From assembly GCA_010909165.1 (NCBI GenBank), contig MU008236.1, positions 6,081-70,080 on the forward strand: a stretch of DNA of 64,000 nucleotides. Reading direction: 5' to 3'. This document shows positions 12,101 to 24,588 of the stretch, piece by piece. How positions within the stretch are numbered: the stretch's first letter is position 1; every line of letters begins with the position of its first letter. Source of the DNA: Anthoceros angustus. Taxonomy: Eukaryota; Plantae; Anthocerotophyta. The notes below the pieces were generated by a model. The model was not told the DNA's origin. It ran no database searches and saw only the letters and a list, made by a program, of their open reading frames with translations. A program made the translations under genes and the position numbers.

Positions 12101-13907
12101 TTCACGAGGGGAGCAACTCGTCGAGGCGCCCGTAGGGAGCGAGCCCTCTACCAAGCACTCCAATCACCGCGAACTTCCTCTCTACTAGACACGTTGCTAG
12201 CTTGGTAGGCAAAATTCCTTCTCAGGGAGCAAAGGACTCGCGTGTATGGAAGTGCAAGACGTGATAATTTACTTCATGAAATCCTCCCCCTCTTATAGGG
12301 GGATCCTCACATGCGACCTCCCTCTGGTGTTCCCGCTGTAGGCCACCTTTTCCAATAGTCTATTATTCCCTACCACCAGGATTTAAGTCCTGGCATCCAA
12401 GTCTATTGTCTTATCCTAAGTAAAATTCTATTCTAGTAGGTTCACCAATGTCAATCTTTAAATGAGTTCAGCCTACACCACCTAACGTTCCCATTTCCCA
12501 AAGCACATTTATGGCCATTGACCAATTTGATCCTTATCCTGGGGATGGTGTTCTCTTCTTCCTCCTTGGCCTCCTCCCGCCTCTTGGTCAGCTTCTTCCA
12601 TAGCCTCGGGGCTCCTCTCTAACTTGTGGGTAAGGGTCTTTCTTGCCTTCTTCATTCACCGGGGTGGCCCTCCGCTCCCTCTCCTCTTGGTGGTGCCTCG
12701 CCCATCACGGGCCGGCCCATCGTGGTCTTCAGCCGCCGCGCCTCAGCATCTGGCCCCACCGAGGTAGGGTGGCAACCCACGGGGTGGTCTCACCGTGGTA
12801 GGTTGGTCACTTTCCTCCAAGGTCAGCTCCCTTCTTTCCCTCATTTTTGGGGAAGGCTTTTGGGTCAAGTTCCCCTTTGCTCTCCTGCCTGTTGTTGGAT
12901 TTGTCCATACATACCATAGAGCATCCTTAGTGATCCTTCCCTCCCATCAACCCACCGGGCGACGTCTTCTTCACCTATTGATCCCTCCTCATCCTTTAAT
13001 GTTGATCTCCTCCGGCGTTGTCACTCCTTCCGCCGGTTTGCCATCCACTACAGGGGGTTCGTTGTTGAGTTCCCCCGACTCTTCGTTGCTCTTGTCAGGC
13101 CCTCCATGGCCTGTCCTTCCCTTGGACCCACGCTGAGGCCCTTGTTCCCACGGTGGGCGGTAGATTGCCTTCACATAGTAGGGTGATCACCTACCGTGGT
13201 AGGTGATCACCCGAAGCGTAGGTTGACTTTCTGCTTCTTGTGCCCTCACCTTCCCGTGGCGCTGTAGAATCCTCCCTCTCCATTCCTTCCTCCAACTCCT
13301 CGCAGTCCAAGTCGCTCCCCGCCTCATCGAAGTCCGAGGCCTCCGGCCTCACTCTCATGAGGGCCTCTCTATCATCATCATGAGGCCCTAGTGCCCTTCT
13401 TTTTGTGAGGCGTAGCACCTTATTATTGGCCTTGAGAATTTGATTGTGGAGATGAACTCCCAAGCTCTGGTACTTCATCTCAAGGTCGTCAAGGTCTTCA
13501 GGCCACGCCCCTTCTTCACACCTACATTTGTAGACGTCCCTTGCCAAAGTCAATTCCCCCACTCTTACATGGAGGGCGATGTTTTCTTCCCTGGCCTCCT
13601 TCAATTGGTTGGTCAATTTTTCTATGGCATAATCTGCCCGAAATTTTCTCTTCTTGACCACCAACATCCTATGCACCACTGCTTGGTGGTGCTTCTCTTG
13701 CTAAGCCTTCTCTTGCTCTCCTTCCTCGACTCGTCTCGTGAGTTCCAACTGCCAGGCATTCCTCTCGCATTCCATCTCCTGCACTCAGAGATCTTGTTTG
13801 ACTAGCTCGGTGCCTCTCACCTCCAGACTTAACTGAGTTTTTTGCAGCTCCTCTTCCACATCCCGGATCTTGATGGCTTGGGTAGCCAAAACCCGCTCCT
13901 GCGCCTC
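9166..13907. repeat. Tandem duplication, 2 x ~2.39 kb (9166-11556, 11557-13907), of an LTR-retroelement non-coding repeat plus accessory ORF
   Basis: CGCCTCAACAAGCAAGGCG starts at 9166 and 11557. The 6-bp microhomology CGCCTC is also at the unit end (13902). Confidence 0.95.
10754..11618 (-). pseudogene. Retroelement accessory coiled-coil ORF (frameshifted), copy 1
   Basis: ORF 10993..11343 MVHRMLVVKK...ENIALHVRVGELTLARDVYKCRCEEGAW...HLHNQILKANNKVLR...DDDREAL is homologous to 13191..13679 and to the plus-strand ORFs at 29904-30659. Confidence 0.65.
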
Positions 13908-16650
13908 CATGCATTGAGCCGCTCATCTTTCCCTCCCTAGAGCATCGGATTTTACTCGTCGCTCTTGCTCTAGTTGGGCGTAATGATCCTTTGCCTTCTA
14001 CCACCATGTATCTTGTTGATTGGTGGATCGGAGGGCTCTCTCTTCCAATTGGGACAACTTCCCCTCCAACGTCTTCTCTGTCCGCTTGTGATCCAAGATG
14101 TCTTGTTGGAGCTTCTCTACGACCTTCTCCAACTTCGTGACCTTCTCGTCAGACTCCACGGCTTCAAGTTGCCATCTGGTCCCTGCTTGTCTCTCTCCGC
14201 CTCGGGCCTTGTTCACCTTGACCTCCTCTTGACATGCCATGAGAGAGGCTACTAGCTCCCTTGCCTTCTTCAAATCTCCTTGGCCTCCGCCGGCATGGGT
14301 AGATCCCCGCACCGCCGCCTCTCCATCTCCTCGCTGCACACCGGCTTGCCGCTGGCGCCTCCTTGGCGCCTCCGCCCTCCTTCTCCTTCCTACCGTGGGC
14401 TGCACGCCACCGACGTGGCAGCTTGCCAACCGCGATAGGTTGCTTCCCCACCGCCGTAGGTTGCTTGCCTATCACGGTAGGGTGACGCCTCTTGGCCGTG
14501 GCCGCCCTACCTACCATGGTAGGGTGACGGGGTGCACATCCTTCGAGCACCCAAGAAATGGTGGGAACTCCACCCACCCTTGGGATGACCCTCCACAGAG
14601 GGGTAGGCTGCACTCCTACCATGGTGGTCCCCTCATATACTACCACTTGGCCTTGATTGTACTGCGCATCTCCTGCCTCCCTTGAGGCTCATTTGAGGAT
14701 ATCCTCCACCTCCGGCAATCCCATATGTATTGCTATCACCTCCTCCTCTCGGTTTCTTGCGATGCTTGAGGATGCTTGTCCTCCCAAGGTCTTCCTTAAA
14801 GCCAAAGGCAAGGGCCTTTCTAAGCTTGGCTTGAGGTGAATAACCTCAAAGGGATGCCAAGAATCTTGAGCTCCTTGCTAGTCAAGAGCCCCTCCGCTTT
14901 CCCACCCTAGAGCATCGGATTTTACTCGTCGCTCTTGCTCTAGTTGGGCGTAATGATCCTTTGCCTTCTACCACCATGTATCTTGTTGATTGGTGGATCG
15001 GAGGGCTCTCTCTTCCAATTGGGACAACTTCCCCTCCAACGTCTTCTCTGTCCGCTTGTGATCCAAGATGTCTTGTTGGAGCTTCTCTACGACCTTCTCC
15101 AACTTCGTGACCTTCTCGTCAGACTCCACGGCTTCAAGTTGCCATCTGGTCCCTGCTTGTCTCTCCTCTGCCTCTCGGGCCTTGTTCACCTTGACCTCCT
15201 CTTGACATGCCATGAGAGAGGCTACTAGCTCCCTTGCCTTCTTCAAATCTCCTTGGCTGGCCTCCACGGCCTTGTGGATGGGTAGATCCCGCCGCTCCAT
15301 CTCCTCTTTGCCGCTGCGGCGGCTGCTGGCGCTCTCTTGGCGCCTCGCCCTCCTTCTCCCTTCCCTACCGTAGGCTGCACCGCCTACCGGCGTGGGCTTG
15401 CCAACCGCGATAGGTTGCTTCCCCACCGCCGTAGGTTGCTTGCCTATCACGGTAGGCTGACTGCCTACGGTCGTGGGCTGCCTACCTACCATGGTAGGGT
15501 GACGGGGTGCCTGTCCTTCAGGCACCCAAGAAATGGTGGGAACTCCACCCACCCTTGGGGATGACCCTCCTACAGTAGTAGGCTGCACTCCTACCATGGT
15601 AGGTCCCCCCTCATATACTACCACTTGGCCTTGATTGTACTGCATCTCCTGCTCTCCCCCTTGAGGCTCATTTGAGGGGATATCCTCCACCTCCGGCAAT
15701 CCCATATGTATTGCTATCACCTCCTCCTCTCTCGGTTTCGGTGCTGCGATGCTTGAGGATGCTTGTCCTCCCAAGGTCTTCCTTAAAGCCAAAGGCAAGG
15801 GCCTTTCTAAGCTTGGCTTGAGGTGAATAACCTCAAAGGGATGCCAAGAATCTTTGAGCTCCTTGCTAGTCAAGAGCCCCTCCGTTTCCCACAAATGCAT
15901 CAATTAAGTGCTAAGGTAGCAAGGCCTCGCACTTCCCTCATTCACAGTGTTGGGCTTGAGGAGCTTCTCCCTATGGTGGATGTAAGCCTCATACATAATT
16001 GTTCCCCAATCCGGCTTGGCTCCTCTCACAATCTTCCACAGGAACTGCAAGAAATTGATGTTAAAATAGGAGCTGCGCTGATAGTTCACCAACCCCAAGA
16101 CAATCTTGGAGAAGAGCCTCCACTGGAGCTCCTTGATGTTCTCCGTCTTCCAGCCACTCTTGGTCTTGGCCTTCATCCCCCCATTGACGAGGTCCAATAC
16201 CTCCTGGGGTATGTCCGTGGTAGGGGCTCTTTTCCCCCCATTTGACCTCTCAAGAAGAGCAATTCCGGAGCTCTCCTCCTCCGGTCTTCCATACACTTGG
16301 CGGATGCTCCTAACCTCCAGCAGTGGTTCGATCACAGCATTCCTCTCGACAGTGCCAGTGCATCAATTGGTGAAGATTGACATAGCATTCTTCAATTAGC
16401 TCCAAATTCGTGTAGGCCCATTGGCGACCATACACCCATCCCAACTGTATGTTATCCTCCTCTGCCCACTGCCTGAAATCTACCAAATCCTTGGGGTTCA
16501 GCTGCCCCGCGAAGCAAGTGAATTGCGGCATTTCCAGGCTGCATTCGCCTTATGGTAATCCTCCTGCTATCGGCCTCTTGCCTCTTCCCATGTCGCCGCC
16601 TGAGAGTGAGCCCCTGATGGGCGCCTCCTTCCCCTGTCCCTTCGCTCCTC
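13191..16650 (-). pseudogene. Long frameshifted accessory ORF of an LTR retroelement (N-terminal domain, transposon-protein-like middle, low-complexity spacer, coiled coil)
   Basis: Successive minus-strand ORFs 16310..16531 (MPQFTCFAGQLNPKDLVDFRQW...YTNLELIEECY), 15904..16335 (WRLFSKIVLGLV...GAKPDWGTIMY...CYLST), 14968..15903 and 13191..13679 appear to be one gene broken by indels and duplications. Confidence 0.55.
13928..15890. repeat. Tandem duplication, 2 x ~0.97 kb (13928-14897, 14898-15890)
   Basis: CCCTAGAGCATCGGATTTTACTCG follows TTTCCC at 13928 and 14898. ORFs 13974..14255 and 14944..15228 are near-identical. Confidence 0.95.
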
Positions 16651-16745
16651 AAGTCATGGTTCCTCCTTACTTCCCAAGCGTCTTCAAGGTTGGAAGGAAA
16701 TTACTTCCCAATTCCAGGCTGCTTGGGCAGTCTTGGAGCTTCACT

Positions 16746-19700
16746 CCCAGACACTTCTCCTTCTCGCCACTGGCAAACCACCCTGGTGCACAATTACAGC
16801 GTTAGTCATGGCTTGCCCTCCCCAACTGTTGTCCTTCCTCTCGTGGCCCCTTCCTCCAGGGCAAGGCACGCCGACAAGGCAGTCTCGATGCTTCTTCTCG
16901 TGCCTTCTCTCGTGCTCTTGGGTTTCTCTTCCCCTTGCGCCCTCAGTCTCCATAGCTCCTTCAATAAGTTGCGACGCGCCAGGCGCTCCGTCCTCGTGCC
17001 TTCTGCCCCTCACAGTGTTGTCATGAAAGACAAGCAGCACAAGGTGGGACATACTCGGGACAGTCCCAGCGACGAGTATACTCGGGACGGTCCCCAATTC
17101 AGCCATACTCGAGATTGTCCCACCTACAATTAAACAGCGGACAACTCAAGGTAAGAAAGAGTGTTTACTAAATAGAAGGAGCATATGGACAGAATGTTCT
17201 AGTATGGATCTTTTTTGCAAAATATGCTAGTATAGAAATTCTCTTTTTCTTTAAGACAGGTAATCGGCCGGTTATCATCCAAGTACACGTGCTAAATAAG
17301 CATGTTAGTTTCAAACCCTAGGTTAGAGGATGGGTTCACAAAACCCCTCACAGCTAGTTAGGCAGTGCAAAACGTGGGAGAAGCGTGCAGGCGGATCTTT
17401 CTTGCGAGAATGATGGAAATGGTGGCTGAGGCGAGCGGCGTGAAGATGGCGGCCTTGGAGCAAAGATAAGTGGCAGATTAGGGCTGTTGTATGCAGTTGT
17501 TGAAGTTGCACCTGTGAGCGCTGCGCATAGGGGAGAAATCCCAAGGCCCTTCTTGCAAAAACGCAATCTGTAATGCAATATGGAGTGGAAGCTTAGATTC
17601 AGAGCGTGTTTTTGAGCAACGGGATGTTGTGTGCAGGCTTGTGTGTGATTTTCCAACTCACAGTCATGCAAACTGCGTGACCCTCTTCAATGCTGGACAG
17701 CATGCTGCAAGCAATGCTGCCTGCTTGTTCACTTCAACAACTACCCTCTTGGGAGCATGGCGCCTAGGGAGAAAGCACAGCAGTGGCGCTGCCAAGCATC
17801 TATAGCGAGGCGGCCAGCCTGAAGACACCCAGCATTGGGTCATGGTAGCTGTTGTGTAAATCTGGACAGGGACAGCAAGCATTCGAGTCTGTCGGCTCCC
17901 AGCCAGGACTTGTAGGCAGATTGCTGTTGAGGATTACATCTTCTTTTCATTTCAATTCAGGGATTTTATTTGTTACATTCCCATTCAGATCCTTCTTGGT
18001 TGACATTTTGGTTGGAAGGCACTGATTTCAGTGCATCCTTTTATCAATCTGAGGAGGGATTTGACCAGATTCAGTGTTTCCTTGTTGATTTGAGAGGGGA
18101 GCTGACCATACTAGTGCTTGCTTTCATGGGTGATGCACCCAGATGAGAGTGAGACAAGTCCACGCTACCGCCTTCGAACTCGTGACATTCCCAGCAGGAT
18201 CACCCGTAAGCGAGTGCAAGCAAGGAGGAGGTGGGCAACCAGGAGGCAACAGCAGTGGCAGGAGAACATTCAGGACAACATTCAACCTCCAACACTGCAG
18301 CCAGCCACAAGTCCTATAGCTAACTGGTCACCTTTGTCACCAAATTTGTGCGTCAAGCGATTCGACTCGAGAATAGCGGCAAGGACATCCGAGGCAGAGC
18401 ACCTTTTTCCGGGCAGTCCGAGCTACAACCGTGCCCGGGCGGTCCAGCCGACAACCATACTCGGGGCAGAACTTAGCTGATTACTCAGGGGATTCAGACA
18501 CAATGGAGGGAGGAGGACCATATCAGCCGAGTGAAATTCAAACATGTTTCAGCATACAATCATCTATATATGTTTGAGTAGTTGGTTGGTATCTAGCCCG
18601 GACACTTCTCCTTCCGCCAGCAAAACCACCGTGCACAATTACTAGTCATGGCTTGCCCTCCCAACGTTGTCCTTCCTCTCGTGGCCCCTTCCTCCAGGGC
18701 AAGGCACGCCGACAAGGCAGTCTCGATGCTTCTTCTCGTGCCTTCTCTCGTGCTCTTGGGTTTCTCTTCCCCTGCGCCTCGGTCTATAGCTCCTTCATTG
18801 TTAGTGCGCCAGCGCCTCCGCCCTCGTGCCTTCGCCTCACGGTTGTCATGAAAGACAAGCAGCACAAGGTGGGACATACTCGGGACAGTCCCAGAAGTAT
18901 ACTCGGGGCGGTCCCAATTCGACCATACTCGAGATTGTCCCACCTACAAAAATGGACAACCCAAGGTAAGAAAGAGTGTTTACTAAATAGAAGGAGTATA
19001 TGGAGAATGTTCTAGTATGGATCTTTTTGCAAAATATGCTAGTATAGAAATTTCTTTTCTTTAAGACAGGTAATCGGCCGGTTATCATCCAAGTACACGT
19101 GCTAAATAAGCATGTTAGTTTCAAACCCTAGGTTAGAGGATGGGTTCACAAAACCCCACTACAGGCTAGTTAGAGCAGGCTGCAAAAACGTGGGAGAACT
19201 GTGCCAAGGGCGGATGCGCTGCAGAATGATGGAAATGGCTGGGCGCAAACGTGGCTGAGAGGCACGCGTGAAGATGGCGACGCACTGGAGCAAAGATAAG
19301 TGGTGACAGTACGTTGTATGATTGTTGAAGTTCGAGCTGCGCATGAGAAATCCCAAGGCCCTTCTTGCAAAAACGCAATCAAATGTACAATATGGAGTGG
19401 AAGCTTAGATTGAGCGTGTTTTTGAGCAACGGGATGTTGTGTGCAGGCTTGTGTGTGATTTTCCAACTCACGATCATGCAAGCTGGACCCTCTTCAATGC
19501 CGATGGCGATGTCGCAATGCTTTTGTTCACTTCAACAACTACCTCTTGGGAGCATGGCGCCTAGGGAGAAAGCATGAAAGAAGCGCCGCGCTAAGCATCT
19601 ATAGCGAGGTGACACCAAGACACCAAGATTGGGTCATGGTAGTATGTGTAACCGATGTGACTAAGCATTCGAGTCTGCCGGCTCTACCAGGGACTTGTAG

Positions 19701-20337
19701 GCGATTCTTGAGGATTACTTCTTTTCATTTCAATTCGAGTGGATTTTATTTGTTACATTCCCATTCGATCCTTCTTGGTTGACATTTTGTTGGAAGGCAC
19801 CGATTTCAAGCATCCTTTTATCACGGGAGGAGGATTTGACGATCTGATGTTCCTTGTTGATTTGAGAGGGAGCGGCCATACTAGTGCTTGCTTTCATGGG
19901 TGATGCACCGATGAGAGTGAGACAAGTCCACACGCCGAACTCGTGACATTCCCAGGATCACCGTGGCGAGTGCAAGCAAGGAGGAGGTGGGCAACGAGGA
20001 GAACAGCGGTGGCGAGGAGAACATTCGTGACAACATTCAACCTCCAACACTGCATGACCACACAGTCCTATAGCTAATCAATACCTTTGTCACACGGCGG
20101 AGGCCAGGCCGAGAATAGCGGCAAGGACATCCGTGAACCCAGAGCACCTTTTTTTCCAGGGGCCCGAGTACCGACGGACAAATCCACGACAACCATACTC
20201 GGGGCAGAACTTAGCTGATTACTCAGGGGATTCAGACACAATGGAGGGAGGAGGACCATATCAGCCGAGTGAAATTCAAACATGTTTCAGCATACAATCA
20301 TCTATATATGTTTGAGTAGTTGGCTGGGTATCTAGCA
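16746..20337. repeat. Tandem duplication, 2 x ~1.8 kb (~16746-18597, ~18598-20337), of an LTR/leader-like region
   Basis: GACACTTCTCCTT at 16750 and 18601. Both units end with ...CATACAATCATCTATATATGTTTGAGTAGTTGG and contain short ATACTCGGGAC(A/G)GTCCC repeats. Confidence 0.92.
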
Positions 20338-21559
20338 GATGAGGCTTTGGACCTGTATGAGGTGCACCAGATGGATCTCATGGCAATGGTGGCCACGCCT
20401 AATCCTCTTTTCCAGGGTGCTTTACAATTAGCCTACAACGCTAAACTGGCCACGGCAATCAATACTCACCTCGCGGGCATTGCTCTTTGGGCTCATGACC
20501 AGCAGCCACAACCACCTCGGTTTTAGCGACTATAGAGAGGTTGGTGGCTATAGTGGGGGTGGATGAGCACATCCTGACAGCTAAACACACCAATCCAGTG
20601 GAGGTTGTCATGTTGTTGCTGTATGGGAAACAGAGCACCTAAGACTCTATGTGGATCTTGTTGGAGCATCACAGGCATAAGCCGATCTTGAAGTGCTTGA
20701 TGATGTCATGTACATGGCCCATGGATGGCCTGACATGACATGTATGCATGTGTATGTATGCATATATGCGTATGGAGATGAAGGATGACATGATGTGTGG
20801 ACATGTGGCGGTGATGTGTCATGGCGCATGCAATCTATATGCATGGTTATGCATGTAAGGCGGTGCTATGGCGCATATATAGATAGATTTATTAGAAAAT
20901 ACATAAAATCATAAATCAAGGAAAAGGAATAGGCTGTTAAACACATAAAATATTATTATTTGAAGGCCAAGGAAAGTAGGATTATAAAGTGCCCACCATC
21001 GATACGGTGGACACTTCATCGAGAACTCCGGGGTTTTGCCTATATATGTAGGCACCACCATGGATTCTTGGATTGTTGATGTTTGTCTTGTTCTAATAGA
21101 CAGCCATACTTGTCCTCGTGTCTTTGTCTCCTAGAGGTTCTTGTGGTTCGTTGCATTACGGTTGGGAGAATTTTCCATCTTGATTTCACCACATCAACAA
21201 TCCTCTTGTTGGGGACTAAGATACTGATCTTGGAGGAGGCGCGCTGGAGATTGGAGGAAGAGGCGGAAGTCGCCCACCATCCAACCTGGAGGCAGTGCGA
21301 TCCGAGAAGGTTGAGTGTTGCGAGAACTAGAGATAGGCTGATGTTTTTCGATGGGAATTTCGCCATTGATTACACGGCTTAGGTGTGGTAGTCTCACGAT
21401 TCGAGTTAGCGTATGCGGAGAAGAGACGCATACATGAGCCGTTTGTGGATAGGCGGTGGATGTACTTTTACGGCTAGCTGGTTGGGCTAACGGTGGAAAC
21501 AATTTGCCCTTTGACAACATCCGTGCGCGTGGTGGGGCATAGGAGAAGTAACCATTGAT

Positions 21560-22620
21560 GGTGTTCACGAGATCGGGGTGGGTGACGAAAGGACACTGCG
21601 CCTTCATCGGAGAAGTGCACGCGTCTACTACGCCATTCAAGAGGACACGAACAATACGAGACAACGCCGATCACGGAGCAGTTTGGCGATTGGAGTCGCA
21701 AGAATGGAGCTTGAGTTCACACCAAGTAAGACGATGTCTTCACAGAAAACATGGAAGCATGTCTCTTGCGATTTCGAGGAGAAGTTTCGTTGGGCAATGG
21801 CGGAAAACAAGATGAAATACAAGGGAGTTCACTCGGAGGATGGCGTTCATGAAGATGTCATCCTACCTTGCGGTGAGGCTCTAATGTATTACGAGATGAG
21901 AAGGCGGGATCCCGAAGGTGGCAGAGAAGAGAAGCGGTGCATGAGGGCCAAGAGGGCTGGTTCGAGCACCCCCCTCTTCGAGGACAAGCTCGAGCATCCG
22001 TGGACTTGATGTTCGCCAAGTTAACCACCATGTTTCCCCTGACTGGAAAAGATCCGAGGTCGAGGTTTTCTTTCGGGCCTAATGAGACATTGCGTGCATC
22101 TTACCTCAGTTGAAGGTTACGGTGGAAGACACGGATGTAGAGGCGATGAGGAGGCTGAGATCTTCATGGCGGCTGCGAGACAAAGAAGGAAGGTGATGGA
22201 CTGCATGGAGCGATGGGAGAGATATCGGTTGATAGACGCCTCAAATTGCCGAGAAGGTGCTCAAAGGAGATGCGATGGCCAGGCTTACTTGGAGGATCAC
22301 GGAGTCGTGAAGGGCGCAGCGGAGAGAGGACACGGAATTCGTGTTTGTTCCAAGGTAGATCGGGAGCAGCACGATCCTCGGGACATGGCAAGCGGCCACA
22401 TGTGCGAAGGAGAGGCCCTAACAATGCAGTCAAGCGGTGTGAAGTGTGGCGGATCTTGGCGCCAAGGCGTTGAATGCGACTACAAGCGGTGGTCGAAGGG
22501 CAAGAACTGTAAGTCTTGTGGCGGATGGGGCACATGGAGGCAGCGTGTTGGGAAGCTCATCCCGAAGCCCAAGCTTGCATCGGGAGAAGGAGAAGGGCAA
22601 GGGCCCAAGTCGTAAGGCTC
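21560..22620 (+). mobile_element. gag of a Ty3/Gypsy-type element (capsid-like segment and CCHC zinc knuckle), frameshifted
   Basis: TWKHVSCDFEEKFRW (~21749) fits the gag 'TW-x-x-L-x3-F-x3-F' pattern. CKSCGGW(G)HMEAACWEAHPE at 22508-22563 is CX2CX4HX4C once one missing G in a homopolymer is restored. Confidence 0.75.
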
Positions 22621-23079
22621 TCCTCGGGCAAGTGGAGGAGCTCAAGAAGGAGATGGCCAACATGGCCCGGCAGAGCAGCAGGATTTTGTTCTCGACTGAT
22701 GAAGATGAGGCGTTTGGCATGATGGCGGTGCGCAAAAGAAAGAAAGGCATTGTTGACTTTGGTGAAGGCGTCACTGAGTGCGGAACGGAATCGACCAAGA
22801 TGCCGGAGAGTTTCCGGTCGAGGAAAACTCCACGAAGGTGTCAAGATCGGTCGAGACATTGAGGCGTTCTGGACAAGGCCATGGAGGTGCGATGAAGTCT
22901 TGTGGATCCGGGAGTGAAGGGCAACAACTTCAAAAACATCATGCGAGAATGGTGGAGAAAGGAGCTTGAATCCAGGATCTCTTCCTAGTATGGCCGGTTT
23001 GTGGCGAGCATCGATGCGAGGGCGAGGTGAAGGAGGTGTTGCCATGATTGATAACACGGATGACCTTTGATGGCTATGC

Positions 23080-23400
23080 TCCGATGAACGTGCTTGAACC
23101 GGAGCGGATCCGATCTGGGGAACACGGTGCGGGAGGCACTAAAGTTGTCGGACACAAGCTCGTTGCGGCGTGAACATCACCACCTCTGCAGTACCAAGGG
23201 CAGTCGGGAATGACGAGGAGGCCCGTGAAGATTGAATTGAAGCTCGAAGGATGCATCGTTGAAGTGAGATGTTTGGTCACCGGTGCAAAGACATATGATG
23301 TCTTCTGGTCGGACGGAACTCACCCGCCATGGGGTTGATCCCTTGCACCAAGCTTTCTGAGACCATTACGGTGGAGAGGAGATTTCACGCATGTTGCAAT
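23080..23400 (+). mobile_element. Retropepsin-type aspartic protease (frameshifted)
   Basis: GTGCTTGA-ACCGGAGCGGATCCG (23090-23112) reads VL(D)TGADP with a 1-nt deletion. Downstream VKIELKLEGCIVEVRCLVTGAKTYDV (YDV at 23294) fits the C-terminal YDVLLG motif region. Confidence 0.7.
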
Positions 23401-23699
23401 TCCTCTAAGGATGAATAGGAGTGGTGGCAAGAGCAGTGACGAGGATGACGCCATGATTGCCACGGTGCTCGAGTGAGCATCGACATGAGATGTGGGAGGA
23501 AAGCAGAGTTATCCTCTCTAGATGCCAAGCCAAGAGAGCGGAAGGTGTGCTTAAGGTTGTGCTCGATATTTGGATCAAGCGAGGGTTCGAGAACCGGTGA
23601 GGATCGACCTGGAATCTCACGGACACATGTCCCGAGAGGTCGATCCGGTATGAGGCCCGCCAAGTCGGAGATCGGCGACGATGCTCTGAACGATGGAAG

Positions 23700-24500
23700 G
23701 TGGTCAAGGCATCCATTTGTTGGAGCTCGCCGAAATCGCTGGCACAGGCGGTGTTGCGTGTGGCGATGGCAATATACTGCGTGGAAAAGGATGAGAAGAT
23801 TCCGCTAGGGTCGAATCTCGGTTCCTGGCGGTATCCAACACTCGAGCGAGAAGGAAGCGATTCGAGGCTGCGAGCTGCCTGACGTGAACTGGTTGGGAAG
23901 CGGGGTTGTCAAGCCGGTGGATATCGATCGCGGGATGGGAATGCAAGACATTTTCGGCGGTGGCAAAGGTGAAGGCGTTTTGTTGGCGGAGCTCGCGCGA
24001 ATCACGCGAGAAGTCCGCGAATCCACGATGTTGGTACATTCTGAGAATGTGTGCGACCATGGACAAAGCGTCCGGTAGGGCCCTATGAAGAGATTCGGGC
24101 GTGGTTCGGCAATGAGTTGATCATGGGCCGCGGTGCGTGTGGCTCATATGCACACAGAGCGATTCGGACAAATGTGGTGGAGGTGCTCGACGACAGAATT
24201 TGACAACTCAAGCGGAAGGTCGTGGATGATATCCTAGAGTTGGGAAGGTGCTCACAGTGAAGAGGATGGACAAGTTGCCATTTTACCACCGTGGTAGGGG
24301 AAGCCGAAGGGCATGGCCAACTCGTGAGCACACCGCAATCTTATGCCTTGACGGGAGGAGATGGTGTGATTCGGATTTGAAGGGAATGAGCTTGGAGCTC
24401 AATGTTGAGGAACGCGAGCAAGCGATGGGCTTTGCCAAGAAGGACACTCGGACCATGGGCATCAGATCGGATGCTGGATGGCATTTGACATTTGATGCGA
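23700..24500 (+). pseudogene. C5 cytosine DNA methyltransferase domain inside retrotransposon pol (frameshifted)
   Basis: Motifs in DNMT order across frames: GIHLLEL (23708, motif I region), AVLR...YCVEKDE (23775, motif II), RYPTL...AIRGCELPDV, PVDI-IAGWEC (Cys 23942-23944, motif IV), ELARI...YI(L)ENV (ENV 24043-24051, motif VI), GSYAHR..(W)TN (24141, motif VIII), RAWPT, ELNVEEREQAMGF..DT (24395, motif IX) and RML(G)xAFD (~24470, motif X). Confidence 0.82.
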
Positions 24501-24588
24501 GGTGGTGTAAGCCACTTGGCGTTCCAACTTGCAGCGAAGCGAAAGCCTTCCTCCAACTACAGGATAAAGAGGTTCCTAAGGAAGATGA

